Shown here piece after piece: positions 18,969 to 28,490 of a stretch of DNA of 64,000 nt. Within the stretch, counting starts at the first letter, position 1; each line of letters starts with the position of its first letter. A program made the position numbers and the translations under genes. The notes under the pieces are model-generated. The model saw only the letters and a list, made by a program, of their open reading frames with translations. It was not told the origin of the DNA and ran no database searches. The DNA comes from an uncultured Actinomycetes bacterium (lineage in GTDB: Bacteria > Actinomycetota > UBA4738 > JBBDTT01), in NCBI GenBank assembly GCA_963742735.1, contig CAVUMN010000001.1, positions 32,001 to 96,000 on the forward strand, written 5' to 3'.

Positions 18969-19835
18969 ATGCGATGGAAGCGCGGGCGCGGGCGTTCGAT
19001 GATCGAGGACCGCCGGGGTCAGGGCGGCGGCTTCCCCGGGCTCGGCCGTTCCGGAGGCGGGCTCGGGATCCCGCTCCCCCGCGGCAAGGGCGGCATCGGC
19101 GGGATCGTGATCCTGCTGATCGTCCTGTTCGTGCTCTATCGCAGCGGGGCCTTCGGCGGGGGCGGGCCGGCCAGCGGGCTGCAGGGCGCGCCCGATCCGA
19201 ACGACTCGCTGGCGGACTTCGTCGGCTTCGTCGTGGAGGACGTCCAGACCGAATGGCAGCGGCTCTTCCCGGAGGACGGCCGGACCTATCAGGTGACGAA
19301 GCTCGTCCTGTTCGAGCAGGGCACGGAGACGGGGTGTGGCTTCGCCTCGTCCGACGTCGGGCCGTTCTACTGCCCGGCCGACCGGAAGGTGTACATCGAC
19401 CTCGGGTTCTTCCAGGAGCTCAACCAGCGCTTCGACGCGCCGGGCGACTTCGCCCAGGCGTACGTGATCGCCCACGAGTTCGGCCACCACGTCCAGACGC
19501 TGTTCGGCACCGAGCCGCGGGTCCGCGAGGAGCAGCAGCGCCGTCCCAACGAGGCCAACGAGCTGTCGGTTCGGATGGAGCTCCAGGCCGACTGCTACTC
19601 GGGCGTGTGGGCGCACAGCGCGTACGAGGAGAACCTGCTCGAGACGGGCGACCTCCAGGAGGGCCTCGACGCCGCCGCGGCCGTCGGCGACGACCGGATC
19701 CAGCGCTCGGCGGGCCAGCGGGTCGACCGCGAGTCCTGGACCCACGGCTCCAGCGAGCAGCGGATGCAGTGGTTCACCGAGGGCTACGAGTCCGGTGACC
19801 CCGGCGCCTGCGACACCTTCAGCGCCAGCATCTAA
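18969..19835 (+). CDS. Neutral zinc metallopeptidase (YpfJ-like)
   Basis: IEDRRG, GPFYCPAD, AHEFGHHVQ, ELQADC, THGSSEQR. Confidence 0.92.
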   Translation: MRWKRGRGRSMIEDRRGQGGGFPGLGRSGGGLGIPLPRGKGGIGGIVILLIVLFVLYRSGAFGGGGPASGLQGAPDPNDSLADFVGFVVEDVQTEWQRLFPEDGRTYQVTKLVLFEQGTETGCGFASSDVGPFYCPADRKVYIDLGFFQELNQRFDAPGDFAQAYVIAHEFGHHVQTLFGTEPRVREEQQRRPNEANELSVRMELQADCYSGVWAHSAYEENLLETGDLQEGLDAAAAVGDDRIQRSAGQRVDRESWTHGSSEQRMQWFTEGYESGDPGACDTFSASI

Positions 19836-19841
19836 CCGGTC

Positions 19842-20711
19842 CTAGGCCGGCGGCTTTCCGTGGATGGCCTTCGTGACCCGCTCGCTCGCAGTCAGCAGGC
19901 GCTCGGCGTGGCGTTCGACGGTCTTGCCATCCACCGGGCCCTGGAAGCCGATGAGGAACAGGCCGAGCGCGACCGCGCCCTCGGGACCGAAGGCCGGAGC
20001 GCCGATGTGGCTGAGCCGGTAGGTCGCCTTCGGGTCGACGTCGATCAGGGCGTAATCCTCCTTGCGCAGGCCCTTGATCCCCTCCTCCACCGTGGGGCCG
20101 TTGTCGTCCTCGCGGCGGAGCGCCCGCAGGAGCAGTTGCGCGTCGCCCTCGAGGCCGACCGAGTAGCCGCGATCCCGAACCGCCGCCACCGCGCGCGCGA
20201 ACCGGTCGGCCGCCTCCTTCCCGATGGGTCCGAGGCGCTTCAGCCACGTCTCGATCTCCTTCGGGGGCCGCCACGCCACGAACACCGCGCCGATCGGGGG
20301 CAGCAGTGGGAGGCGCTGTCCGGGCAGGACGGTGATCTCGAACGGCCTCGGCGCGCCGGTTCGGGCGAGGATCACGATCTCGTCGCCGATCGCCGCGCTG
20401 GCCACGCCGTCGAGCCCCAGGTCTTCGCTCAGGGCGTTGAGCTCGGGGATCGCGGCGTCCACCGCGGGCTGGGACTGTCGCGCCGCCGATCCGAGGGCCA
20501 CCAGCGCGGGACCGAGCCCGAACGTCTTGGCCTCAGGATCGCGCGCCAGGTATCCGGCGTCGCTCAGCGCCCACAGGATCGCGTGCAGCGTGGCCTTGTT
20601 GAGCTTCGTGTCGCGGGCGATCTCGGAGAGCGAGAACCGGTCCCCGGGCCGCGACGCGAGCAGGTTCAGCACCGCGATCGAACGCTCGATGGCCGGCGCG
20701 CGCCTGGGCAT
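19842..20711 (-). CDS. IclR-family transcriptional regulator
   Basis: APAIERSIAVL...LSEIARDTKLNKATLHAIL HTH, FGLGPAL, C-terminal VRDRGYS and IGAPAF. Confidence 0.88.
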   Translation of the reverse strand: MPRRAPAIERSIAVLNLLASRPGDRFSLSEIARDTKLNKATLHAILWALSDAGYLARDPEAKTFGLGPALVALGSAARQSQPAVDAAIPELNALSEDLGLDGVASAAIGDEIVILARTGAPRPFEITVLPGQRLPLLPPIGAVFVAWRPPKEIETWLKRLGPIGKEAADRFARAVAAVRDRGYSVGLEGDAQLLLRALRREDDNGPTVEEGIKGLRKEDYALIDVDPKATYRLSHIGAPAFGPEGAVALGLFLIGFQGPVDGKTVERHAERLLTASERVTKAIHGKPPA

Positions 20712-20713
20712 CG

Positions 20714-21688
20714 CTAGGCCTCCGCCTTCACGCCGGCCAACGCGGCGACGCGCGGCCCCGCCGCGGCGGCGATCGCACGGTGGCCGTCGTCGTCGGGGTG
20801 CAGCCCATCGTGCAGCTGCGCCTCGGTGATCAGCCCCGCGCCGCCCAGGAGCTCGAGGTGGGCGTCCCCCGCCTCGATCCGGGCCTGGACGACGTTCTCG
20901 ATCGCGGCGCGCAGGCCCCGGAGCGTGGCGCCCAGGCGGTTCGGCGTCTCCTCGGCGTCGGGACGCAGGACCGGGCTCACCACCAGGATCGGCGCCTCCG
21001 GGTGTCCCTGGCGGACGATCTCCAGGAAGGCGACCGTACCCTCGAGCACCATCCCCACGCTGTGGGGCGTGCGCGTCCAGCAGTTCGTCCCGTGGCAGAT
21101 GGTGACCACGTCCGCGTCGAGCTCCGCGACGTGCTCTGCCGAGACGATCTCTCCGCGGGCCGATCCGTTGTAGCCCATGTTGACGGCGTCCAGACGGTGC
21201 TCACGACTGACTCGGCTGACCCAGCCCAGCGCCGGCTCGGACGCGCTCCAGCCCGCGGCGATGCTGTCCCCGTAGACCACCCAGCGCGGCCCGGTCGGCG
21301 CCGGCTCGAGCGATCCGCCGATCCCCTCCACGCTCGTGATCTCCGGACGAAGCACCTCCGGCAGGTACACGACGTCACCCATGGGCACGCGGACGACGCC
21401 CTCGCCCACCATCGCCTCAGCCTCCCCCAGCTTCTCCACGCCCCTCCAGGACGAGAACGCCGGCGTAACGGGTCGCGAGTGCGGGTCCGGTTTCCCGTTC
21501 GCGTTCCGGTAGGCGATCTCCACCTGGGACGCGTCGCCCTGGAGCTCGAGGCGAACGCCGACCGGCGCCTGGGCCTGGTACCAGGTGTCGACGGGCAGGC
21601 GCATGAAATCGTCCGGCTTCGCGCGCGGGTACGGCACCTTCGCGGCGCCGGGCCACGCGATGCCGCGGAGGAAGGGTCCGGGATCCAC
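20714..21688 (-). CDS. SGNH/GDSL hydrolase
   Basis: YGDSI, GYNG, GTNC, DGLHP. Confidence 0.85.
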   Translation of the reverse strand: MDPGPFLRGIAWPGAAKVPYPRAKPDDFMRLPVDTWYQAQAPVGVRLELQGDASQVEIAYRNANGKPDPHSRPVTPAFSSWRGVEKLGEAEAMVGEGVVRVPMGDVVYLPEVLRPEITSVEGIGGSLEPAPTGPRWVVYGDSIAAGWSASEPALGWVSRVSREHRLDAVNMGYNGSARGEIVSAEHVAELDADVVTICHGTNCWTRTPHSVGMVLEGTVAFLEIVRQGHPEAPILVVSPVLRPDAEETPNRLGATLRGLRAAIENVVQARIEAGDAHLELLGGAGLITEAQLHDGLHPDDDGHRAIAAAAGPRVAALAGVKAEA

Positions 21689-21698
21689 GTTCAGCCGC

Positions 21699-22496
21699 TC
21701 ACGGGGACAGGGGGAAGGGGAACTTCGCCGTGGCGCCCCCGTCCACCACGAGCGTCTGCCCGGTCACGTGCGAGGCCAGGTCGGAAATCAGGAACAGGAT
21801 CGCGGCGGCGATCTCCGAGGTCTCCGCCACGCGCCCGAGCGGAACCTGCTTCGACTGGACCTCCCGGCCACGTTCGCCGATCAGCTCCTGCACCCGGGGC
21901 GTCCACACCACGCCCGGGGCCACGGCATTGACGCGGATGTTGCTCGGCCCGAGCTCGACGCCGAGCGAACGGACCCACGAGATCAGCGCGGCCTTCGCCG
22001 CGCCGTAGAACGCATGGCGCGGCGCGGCGGTGATCCCGCTGATCGACGCCACGAACACCATCGCGCCCCCGCCGTCCTCGGCCATGGCCCGCCCCGCGGC
22101 CTGGGAGAACAGCACCGCGTGACGAAGGACCATCCCGTAGGTCCAGTCCCAGTCGTCGTCGCTGGTGTCGAGCGAGTCGACGTAGCGGGCCATCCCGACG
22201 ATGTCCACGAGCGCGTCGATCCGTTCGAGCTGCGAGCGCGCCTCGGCCACCGCCCGCTCGACGTCCTCCCGCTCCCGCGCGTCGCCGCTCCACCCGATCC
22301 CCCCGATCTCCTCGGCGATCTCCTTGGCCAGGTTCTCGTCGACGTCGATGCAGAACACCTTCGCGCCGACCGAGGCCAGCGCGTGCGCGGTCTGCCGCCC
22401 GATCCCGTTGCCGGCGCCGACGACCACGACGCCTCGCCCGTCCAGGCGCAGCAGGTCGGGGTACGAGGGGACGGGGCTGTCGTCGACGCTCGTCAT
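21699..22496 (-). CDS. SDR oxidoreductase
   Basis: GAGNGIG, YGAAK, NAVAPG. Confidence 0.9.
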   Translation of the reverse strand: MTSVDDSPVPSYPDLLRLDGRGVVVVGAGNGIGRQTAHALASVGAKVFCIDVDENLAKEIAEEIGGIGWSGDAREREDVERAVAEARSQLERIDALVDIVGMARYVDSLDTSDDDWDWTYGMVLRHAVLFSQAAGRAMAEDGGGAMVFVASISGITAAPRHAFYGAAKAALISWVRSLGVELGPSNIRVNAVAPGVVWTPRVQELIGERGREVQSKQVPLGRVAETSEIAAAILFLISDLASHVTGQTLVVDGGATAKFPFPLSP

Positions 22497-22517
22497 CGAG
22501 GCGCCCTCCCGGGCTGT

Positions 22518-23659
22518 CTACTTGGCGGTGACGGTCGCGGTGGTCTCGACGTCGCGCTTGTCGAGTTCGGGGATCACGTGCTTCCCGAGCAGCTCGAGCG
22601 TGCGCATGATCGATTCGTGGGACAGCGAGCCGAACTGCACGTAGCAGATCAGCTGCTCCACCCCGAGGCTCTCGTACCGAAGGATCTTCTCCATGCACTG
22701 ATCGGGGTCGCCCACGATGATCATGTCGGCCTGGTGGAAGACCTGGACGTCGAGATCGCCGGACGCGTGCTTGCGCAGGAGCGGGAAGATCTGGTCCTTC
22801 TCCTCCTGCGACAGGTGGGGGAACTCCCACTCGAGGGTGAACTCGGCGAGGTTCTTGTACCACCACCACACGGACTCCCAGATGCCGTTCTCCTCGCACT
22901 GGGCCAGCGAGTCGGCGCAGTGGACCAGCGTGTACGCGGCCACCCGGTTGTTGTGCACGCGGGTGATCGGCTTGGCGGTCTCCTGCGCGGCCGCGGTAGT
23001 CGCGTGATGTGCTGGGCCATCTTCTCGAGCGGCTGCATGATCGCGAAGGACAGCAGGCCCAGGCCGAGCGAGCCGGCGACGGCGCTCGAGCCCTGCGAGG
23101 TCGCGGCCATCCACGCCGGCGGATGCGGGTCCTGCACCGGCTTGGGCGTGACCATGCGCCGCGGGAAGTCGAACGTCGGCGAGTGGTACTCGAAGTACTC
23201 CGACTCCCACATGCCGCAGATGATCTCCAGGGCCTCCTGCCACTGCTCGCGGCTCTTCTCGCGGTCGACGCCGAACGCGATCTGCTCCATGGGGGTCGAG
23301 CGGCCGGTGCCCCACTCGACGCGGCCGCCGGACAGGATGTCGACGGTGGCGACCTTCTCCGCGACGCGCGCGGGGTGGATGAACTGGAACGGCAGCAGCG
23401 TCACGCCGAAGCCCAGGCGGATCTGCTCGGTGACCTGGCTGAGCGCGCCGAGGACGACCTCGCTCGCCGGCGAGTGCGAGCGGCCCTCGCGGAAGTGGTG
23501 CTCCACGGACCAGACGGTCTTGAACCCCATCTGGTCGGCCAGGCGGATCTGCTCGAAGGCCTCCTTGTAGGCCTTCTGCTCCGCCTCGCGCTGCCCGTAC
23601 GGGTGGGGCTTGCCCCACGGCTTCGGCACGTCGATCTCGTAGAGGACGTCCAGCTTCAT
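22518..23659 (-). CDS. Luciferase-like (LLM) flavin-dependent oxidoreductase, frameshift ~23005
   Basis: WSVEHHF, RVAEKVATVDILSGGRVEWGTGR, PKPVQDPHPP. C-terminal IVGDPDQC...LLGKHVIPEL lies in another frame. Confidence 0.85.
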
Positions 23660-23674
23660 CCGTCCGCCTCCTCT

Positions 23675-23710
23675 TTCGCTATCGCAAACGACCGGTCACA
23701 ATGGCAAACG
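23675..23710. promoter_or_regulatory. Second copy of the tandem (putative IclR) operator
   Basis: TTCGCTATCGCAAACGACCGGTCACAATGGCAAACG, directly downstream of a minus-strand TTGACA(23737-42)-18-GATACT(23713-18) promoter. Confidence 0.8.
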
Positions 23711-23757
23711 CCAGTATCCCCAGGGGGCCCCGGGCCTGTCAAGGCGGATCCCGGTGC

Positions 23758-24420
23758 CTAGAGGCTCGGAGCCGGACGGCCGGTGACCCCCGAGAAGAGG
23801 ATCGTGGTTACGCTGCGGCGCATGTCGTCGGTCTTGATCCCCCAGAACTCGAAGCCGTAGCGATGGGCGGCGACGTGGACGAGCAAGGACACGAGCGCGG
23901 CGGCCTGGGCCATCGGCTCGGGGCCGCGGCGGGTCCGGCGCTGGGCGCTCTCGATGGCCCGGCGGAGGCTCTCCGTGACCTCGTTGAGCAGGTGGGTGCG
24001 CACGTTCTGGAACCGCATGTCGCCCTCCGCGGTGGAGAGGTCCACCACGCGCAGCACGGCGCGGTGCCGCTCCCACAGGTCCAGGATCGCGTCGACCAGG
24101 TCCTCCGACGCGCTGTATCCGTTGCGGCCCCGCCAGTCGGCGTCGTCGATGATCGCGGTGAGCTTCGGCGCCTCGTCGGCCAGCGCGCGAGCCAGGACCA
24201 GGACGGCCGCCTCCACGTCCTCGAAGTACTGGTAGAAGGTCGCCGGCGAGGTCCCCGCGCACTCCGCGATGTCGACGACCGACAGGTCCCGGTAGGACGT
24301 CTTCTCCAGGAGCTCGGCGGTGCAGGCCAGGAGGCGCTCACGCGTTGCCCGGCCCCGCTTTCCGGGCACCCGCCCGTCGACGGCGGGGAGGTCCTCGGGG
24401 ACGGGGCGCAGGTCGGCCAT
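23758..24420 (-). CDS. TetR-family transcriptional regulator
   Basis: RGRATRERLL...SVVDIAECAGTSPATFYQYF HTH. Confidence 0.9.
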   Translation of the reverse strand: MADLRPVPEDLPAVDGRVPGKRGRATRERLLACTAELLEKTSYRDLSVVDIAECAGTSPATFYQYFEDVEAAVLVLARALADEAPKLTAIIDDADWRGRNGYSASEDLVDAILDLWERHRAVLRVVDLSTAEGDMRFQNVRTHLLNEVTESLRRAIESAQRRTRRGPEPMAQAAALVSLLVHVAAHRYGFEFWGIKTDDMRRSVTTILFSGVTGRPAPSL

Positions 24421-25052
24421 CAGATCTCCTCCAACCACTCGCGGATCACGTCGTCGGTGGTCACCACCGTTGCCAGCAGCGACAGCGTGTTGTCGATGAT
24501 CGTCTCGGCGTACTCCTCGGGGACACCCGCCACGGCGTCGCGTGGCAGTACGAACTCGTAGCCGAGGTTCACGGCGTCCATGACGAAGTTCGTGATCCCC
24601 ACGTTCACCGAGACGCCCGCCCCGATGATCGTCCTCACCCCGAGGTTGCGCAGGACCGCGTCGAGGTCGGTCCCCGCCATCGGCCCGATGCCGTGGTACC
24701 GCGACAGCACGATGTCCGTGGGCTGGAGGGCGACCTCGTCCACGAGCTGCACGGCCTCGCTGTCGGGGGTGAGGGCCACCTCGGAGTTGACGGCCGCGGT
24801 GAACAGCCGCGCGTTCGTGTTCGAGCCGGCCCCGTCGAGCCGCCGCATGGCCACGCAGTGGATGACGGCGGCGCCGGCCACCCGGGCCGCGCGAGCCAGG
24901 CGGCCGCAGTTCTCGAGCATCCCCTGCTGCGCGATCTTCGCCAGCTCCGGGAAGACCGCCGGCTCCCCCACCACGCCCTTCTGGATCTCCTGTGTGACGA
25001 GCGCCGTGTGCACCGGAAGGATCAGCCCGCGCAGGTCGTCGTGCCCGCTCAC
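24420..25052 (-). CDS. Isochorismatase/cysteine-hydrolase-fold protein (atypical active site)
   Basis: TALVTQEIQKG, GTDLDAVLRNLGVRTII, DAVNLGY, DAVAG. Confidence 0.82.
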   Translation of the reverse strand: MSGHDDLRGLILPVHTALVTQEIQKGVVGEPAVFPELAKIAQQGMLENCGRLARAARVAGAAVIHCVAMRRLDGAGSNTNARLFTAAVNSEVALTPDSEAVQLVDEVALQPTDIVLSRYHGIGPMAGTDLDAVLRNLGVRTIIGAGVSVNVGITNFVMDAVNLGYEFVLPRDAVAGVPEEYAETIIDNTLSLLATVVTTDDVIREWLEEI

Positions 25053-26041
25053 GGTTTCACCTTCGGCAGCACGGTCTCCTGGAACAGCCGCAGCCCCTCC
25101 CAGCCCCACTCGGGCGGCATTCCGGAGATCAGCGGGTTCAGGACCACGTTGCCCATCGGGCCGAGCGACTCGATGAACGCCACGGCGTCGTCGGGGGTCA
25201 GCACCTTGAACAGGCCCTCCTCGCGGAGCTCGGCCGGCGACTGCGCGTACGACGAGACCTGCGAGCGGACGTCAGGCGACTGCAGGGCGCGGTAGGACTC
25301 CACCTCGTACCAGAAGTACGGCTCGAACCGCGCCCAGTCGCGTTCGGGGTCCTCGGAGACGTACAGGTACCCGACCTCCTGGGGCAGGATCACCAGCCCG
25401 CCTCCCCAGCCGTCCGCGGCGCACGCCTCCTTGTAGACCCGCTCCAGCTCCGGATCCGCGATGGCGGGGAGGAATCCCACCCGAAGCCGGGCCGCGCGCT
25501 TCGCCGCCGCGGCGCTGGATCCGCCCATGAGGATCATCGGCTCGGGCGAGCTCACCGGCCGTGGCGTGACCTTCACGGTGCGTCCCCGGTACTCGAACGG
25601 CTCGCCGGTCCACGCCTGCCGGCAGACCGAGATCGCCGCTTCCACGAGCTTGCCGCGGCCTTTGGGCTCGACGCCCTGCATCGCCAGCTCGAACTCGACG
25701 TAGCCGGCGCCGGCGATGAGCCACAGCCGGCCGGGTCCGGCGGTGATGTCCACCACCGCGATCTGCTCCGCAACGCGGACGGGGTCGTGGAACGGGAACA
25801 CCAGCGCCGCGATCATGATCCGAACCGTCTCGGTCACCGCGCCGACCGCGGCGGCGAAGGTCAGGGGGGATGGCAGCCAGCCGTCGTCCATCCCGTGGTG
25901 CTCCGTGAGCGTGATGATGTCGGCGACGCGGTGCTCGTCCGCCCACGCGGCCTGCTCCAGGCAGGCTCGGTAGAGGTCGGCGTGCGAGGCCTCGGCGAAC
26001 GGCGCGGTGCGCAGGTCGTAGCGGATCGCGATGAACGGCAT
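25049..26041 (-). CDS. LLM-class flavin-dependent oxidoreductase
   Basis: TEHHGMDDGWLPSP, HDPVRVAEQIAVVD, MGGSSAAAAKRAAR. Confidence 0.88.
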   Translation of the reverse strand: MPFIAIRYDLRTAPFAEASHADLYRACLEQAAWADEHRVADIITLTEHHGMDDGWLPSPLTFAAAVGAVTETVRIMIAALVFPFHDPVRVAEQIAVVDITAGPGRLWLIAGAGYVEFELAMQGVEPKGRGKLVEAAISVCRQAWTGEPFEYRGRTVKVTPRPVSSPEPMILMGGSSAAAAKRAARLRVGFLPAIADPELERVYKEACAADGWGGGLVILPQEVGYLYVSEDPERDWARFEPYFWYEVESYRALQSPDVRSQVSSYAQSPAELREEGLFKVLTPDDAVAFIESLGPMGNVVLNPLISGMPPEWGWEGLRLFQETVLPKVKP

Positions 26042-26059
26042 CCCGGACTCCAGTGAAAC

Positions 26060-26074
26060 CTGACGGTGCGTCAG
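26060..26074. promoter_or_regulatory. Palindromic operator CTGACG-GTG-CGTCAG (site 3)
   Basis: Sits in the 34-bp gap upstream of LLM-hydrolase-TetR. CCTGACGGTGCGTCAGAT is identical to site 1. Confidence 0.85.
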
Positions 26075-26075
26075 A

Positions 26076-27002
26076 TCATTTCACGGCCACGGGGTGGACG
26101 GGACTGCCGAGCCCCCGCACGAACGGCAGCGGCGAGGCGTCGAGCAGGAACCCGTACTGCCAGTCGGCCGCGCAGTCCGCGGCCAGCGCCTCGAGGTCGA
26201 AGTTCTGGCCCTGGGTCAGCCCCATCTCGATGAGGTCCAGGATGTGCAGCGGAAGCACCAACGAGCGGTCCTCGAGGGGCCACACCTCGAACGCAACGGT
26301 GTCGGTGGCCACCGCGGAGACGTCGCGGTCGTGGAACCAGGCGGCGCAGGCCATGCCTGGCCCCGGCGAGTCCCCGGTCGAGTACTCCTTGATCCGTCCC
26401 TCGTGCACGAGCTGCATGTGGCCCGTCCGGATCAGGATCGCGTCGCCCGGCTCGACGGGGACGCCTCCGATCCGCTCGGCCGCGTCGAGGTCCTCCGGGG
26501 TGATCGGATAGCCGGGGGCGAGCCGGGGCAGCTCCTTGGCCCGGGCGACGTCCAGCAGGATCCCCCGGGTGATCAGCGTGCCGGCCTTGTCGATCCCGCA
26601 GCGCGCGGCCCCCGCCTCGGTGATCGAGTCGGCCGGGTGGCCGTTGTACAGCCGCCCTCCCTGTGAGACGTGGGCCAGCGCGTCCCAGTGCGTGGCGCAC
26701 TGCAACGGCATCGAGACCTCGTCGTCGCTGAAGCGGACGCCGTCGGGGTTGCGTCCAAGGGGCTGGTTCACCGAGAGCATCGTGCGCACGGGGTTCTTGC
26801 GACCGATCTGGGTGGGGGCGATCCCGTCCTCGGTCAGCGGGACGGTCAGGGAGATCCGACGGCCCGTGCTCACCGCGGCCACGCCGCGGCGGACGACCTC
26901 GTCGGTGATCAGGTTCAGGGTGCCGGTCTCGTCCTCGGCCCCCCAGCGCCCCCAGTTGCTGACACGGCCGGCCAGGTCCAGGAAGGCCTCGGGGAACGTC
27001 AC
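26076..27002 (-). CDS. Cyclase-family (kynurenine formamidase-like) metal hydrolase
   Basis: SNWGRWG..GTLNLIT, THWDALAH, GDAILIRTG, GSPVHPVAVK. Confidence 0.88.
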   Translation of the reverse strand: MTFPEAFLDLAGRVSNWGRWGAEDETGTLNLITDEVVRRGVAAVSTGRRISLTVPLTEDGIAPTQIGRKNPVRTMLSVNQPLGRNPDGVRFSDDEVSMPLQCATHWDALAHVSQGGRLYNGHPADSITEAGAARCGIDKAGTLITRGILLDVARAKELPRLAPGYPITPEDLDAAERIGGVPVEPGDAILIRTGHMQLVHEGRIKEYSTGDSPGPGMACAAWFHDRDVSAVATDTVAFEVWPLEDRSLVLPLHILDLIEMGLTQGQNFDLEALAADCAADWQYGFLLDASPLPFVRGLGSPVHPVAVK

Positions 27003-28438
27003 CCAGCCGCGGCCTTCTTGCGGGGGCGTGAGCGGACGGTCACGGGCGGGTCGAGCAGCTCGGCCAGGGCGTCGGGGATGAACCCGGCCAGGTCCCACAG
27101 CCCGGGGACCGTCTCGCGGCACGCGATGAGCCCCCAGAACAGCGTGTTCATGAACGACACGACGGTGATGTTCAGGCCCACTCCGTCGAACACCGGGCCC
27201 AGCGGGTACAGCCCGGTCAGCCGCGCGCCGGCGAAGTACAGCGGGATGGGTGGCCCGGGGACGTTCGAGATGATCAGGTTGACGGCCACGGGGTGCCGCT
27301 CGGCGAGGCGCAGGCCGGTGTAGACGCGCGCGGCGAGCGAGAAGGTGGTCGGCGCCGCGAACTCCATCCAGTTCTGCAGGAGGTCCGCGCCGATCGCGTG
27401 GTGCTCCTCCTTGGCGCCCCTGTTCGCCTCGTGGATGGCCCTGAGCCGCTTGATGGGGTCGTCGACGTCCGTGTACAGCGAGGAGAACAGGGCCGAGACG
27501 CGGTTGCTCCCCTTCCCCTCCTCGTCGTCGTCCCCGCGGACGGAGACGGGCACCGCGGCGATGAGGGGCTTGTCCGGGATCTCGTCGTAGCGCGCCAGAT
27601 GCCGCCGGAGGGCGCCGGCGCAGATGGCCTGGATCACGTCGTTGACCGTGGTCCCCTCGCGGTTCTTGATCGCCTTGACGTCGTCCAGCGAGATCTGGAT
27701 CAGGGCGATCTCGCGGTGCGGCGTGATCGGCGAGTTGTAGATCGTGCGCGGCGCCGTGAGGGGCGCGGCCATGCCCGGGCCCTCGTGCTCGCGCCGGGTC
27801 CGCGCGAACCGCCGGACGGCCGCGAACGTCTGCGGGACGACCTTCACGAACTGCCACGGGCGCGTGGCCCGGTCCACCAGCGCCCGCGCCGCCAGCTCGA
27901 CGTCCGAGGGGACCCGGTCGGCCCGCCACGGCTTCGCCGGGTCGGGTTCGGCCGTGGGCGCGGACTCCAGGTCGAAGAAGTGCACCATCATGTTCGCGCC
28001 GGAGACGCCGTCGATCGTGGAATGGTGCATCTTCGCGATGACCGCAACCCGGCCGTGGGCGAGCCCCTCGACCACGACGAGCTCCCACAGCGGGCGGCTG
28101 CGGTCGAGCGGCCGGCCGGCGATGTCGTCGGCCAGCTCGGCGAGCTCGCGATCCGACCCGGGCGGCGGAGCCCCCACCCGGCGCACGTGGTTGTCCAGGT
28201 CGAAGTCGGGGTCCTCCACCCATACCGGATGACTGAGGTTGAAGGGGACCTTGGCCAGACGCCGGCGAAGCGGAGCGGCCAGATGCAGCCGGCTGCGGAT
28301 CATCTCCTTGACCCGGTCGAAGGAATAGCCGCCCGGCATCGTGGACGGGTCGAACTCGATGATCGCCAGCACGTGCATGTGCTGGTTTGGACGTTCGAAG
28401 TACAGGAACGTCGCGTCCAGTCCGCTCAGTCGCTCCAC
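26999..28438 (-). CDS. Wax ester/triacylglycerol synthase (WS/DGAT)
   Basis: RLSGLDATFLY, HHSTIDG, SNVPGP. Confidence 0.9.
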   Translation of the reverse strand: MERLSGLDATFLYFERPNQHMHVLAIIEFDPSTMPGGYSFDRVKEMIRSRLHLAAPLRRRLAKVPFNLSHPVWVEDPDFDLDNHVRRVGAPPPGSDRELAELADDIAGRPLDRSRPLWELVVVEGLAHGRVAVIAKMHHSTIDGVSGANMMVHFFDLESAPTAEPDPAKPWRADRVPSDVELAARALVDRATRPWQFVKVVPQTFAAVRRFARTRREHEGPGMAAPLTAPRTIYNSPITPHREIALIQISLDDVKAIKNREGTTVNDVIQAICAGALRRHLARYDEIPDKPLIAAVPVSVRGDDDEEGKGSNRVSALFSSLYTDVDDPIKRLRAIHEANRGAKEEHHAIGADLLQNWMEFAAPTTFSLAARVYTGLRLAERHPVAVNLIISNVPGPPIPLYFAGARLTGLYPLGPVFDGVGLNITVVSFMNTLFWGLIACRETVPGLWDLAGFIPDALAELLDPPVTVRSRPRKKAAAG

Positions 28439-28490
28439 GGGCCTCTCCAGCGTTTGTCGGAAGCTCGACCGTACCCGCAAACTGGAGGGC

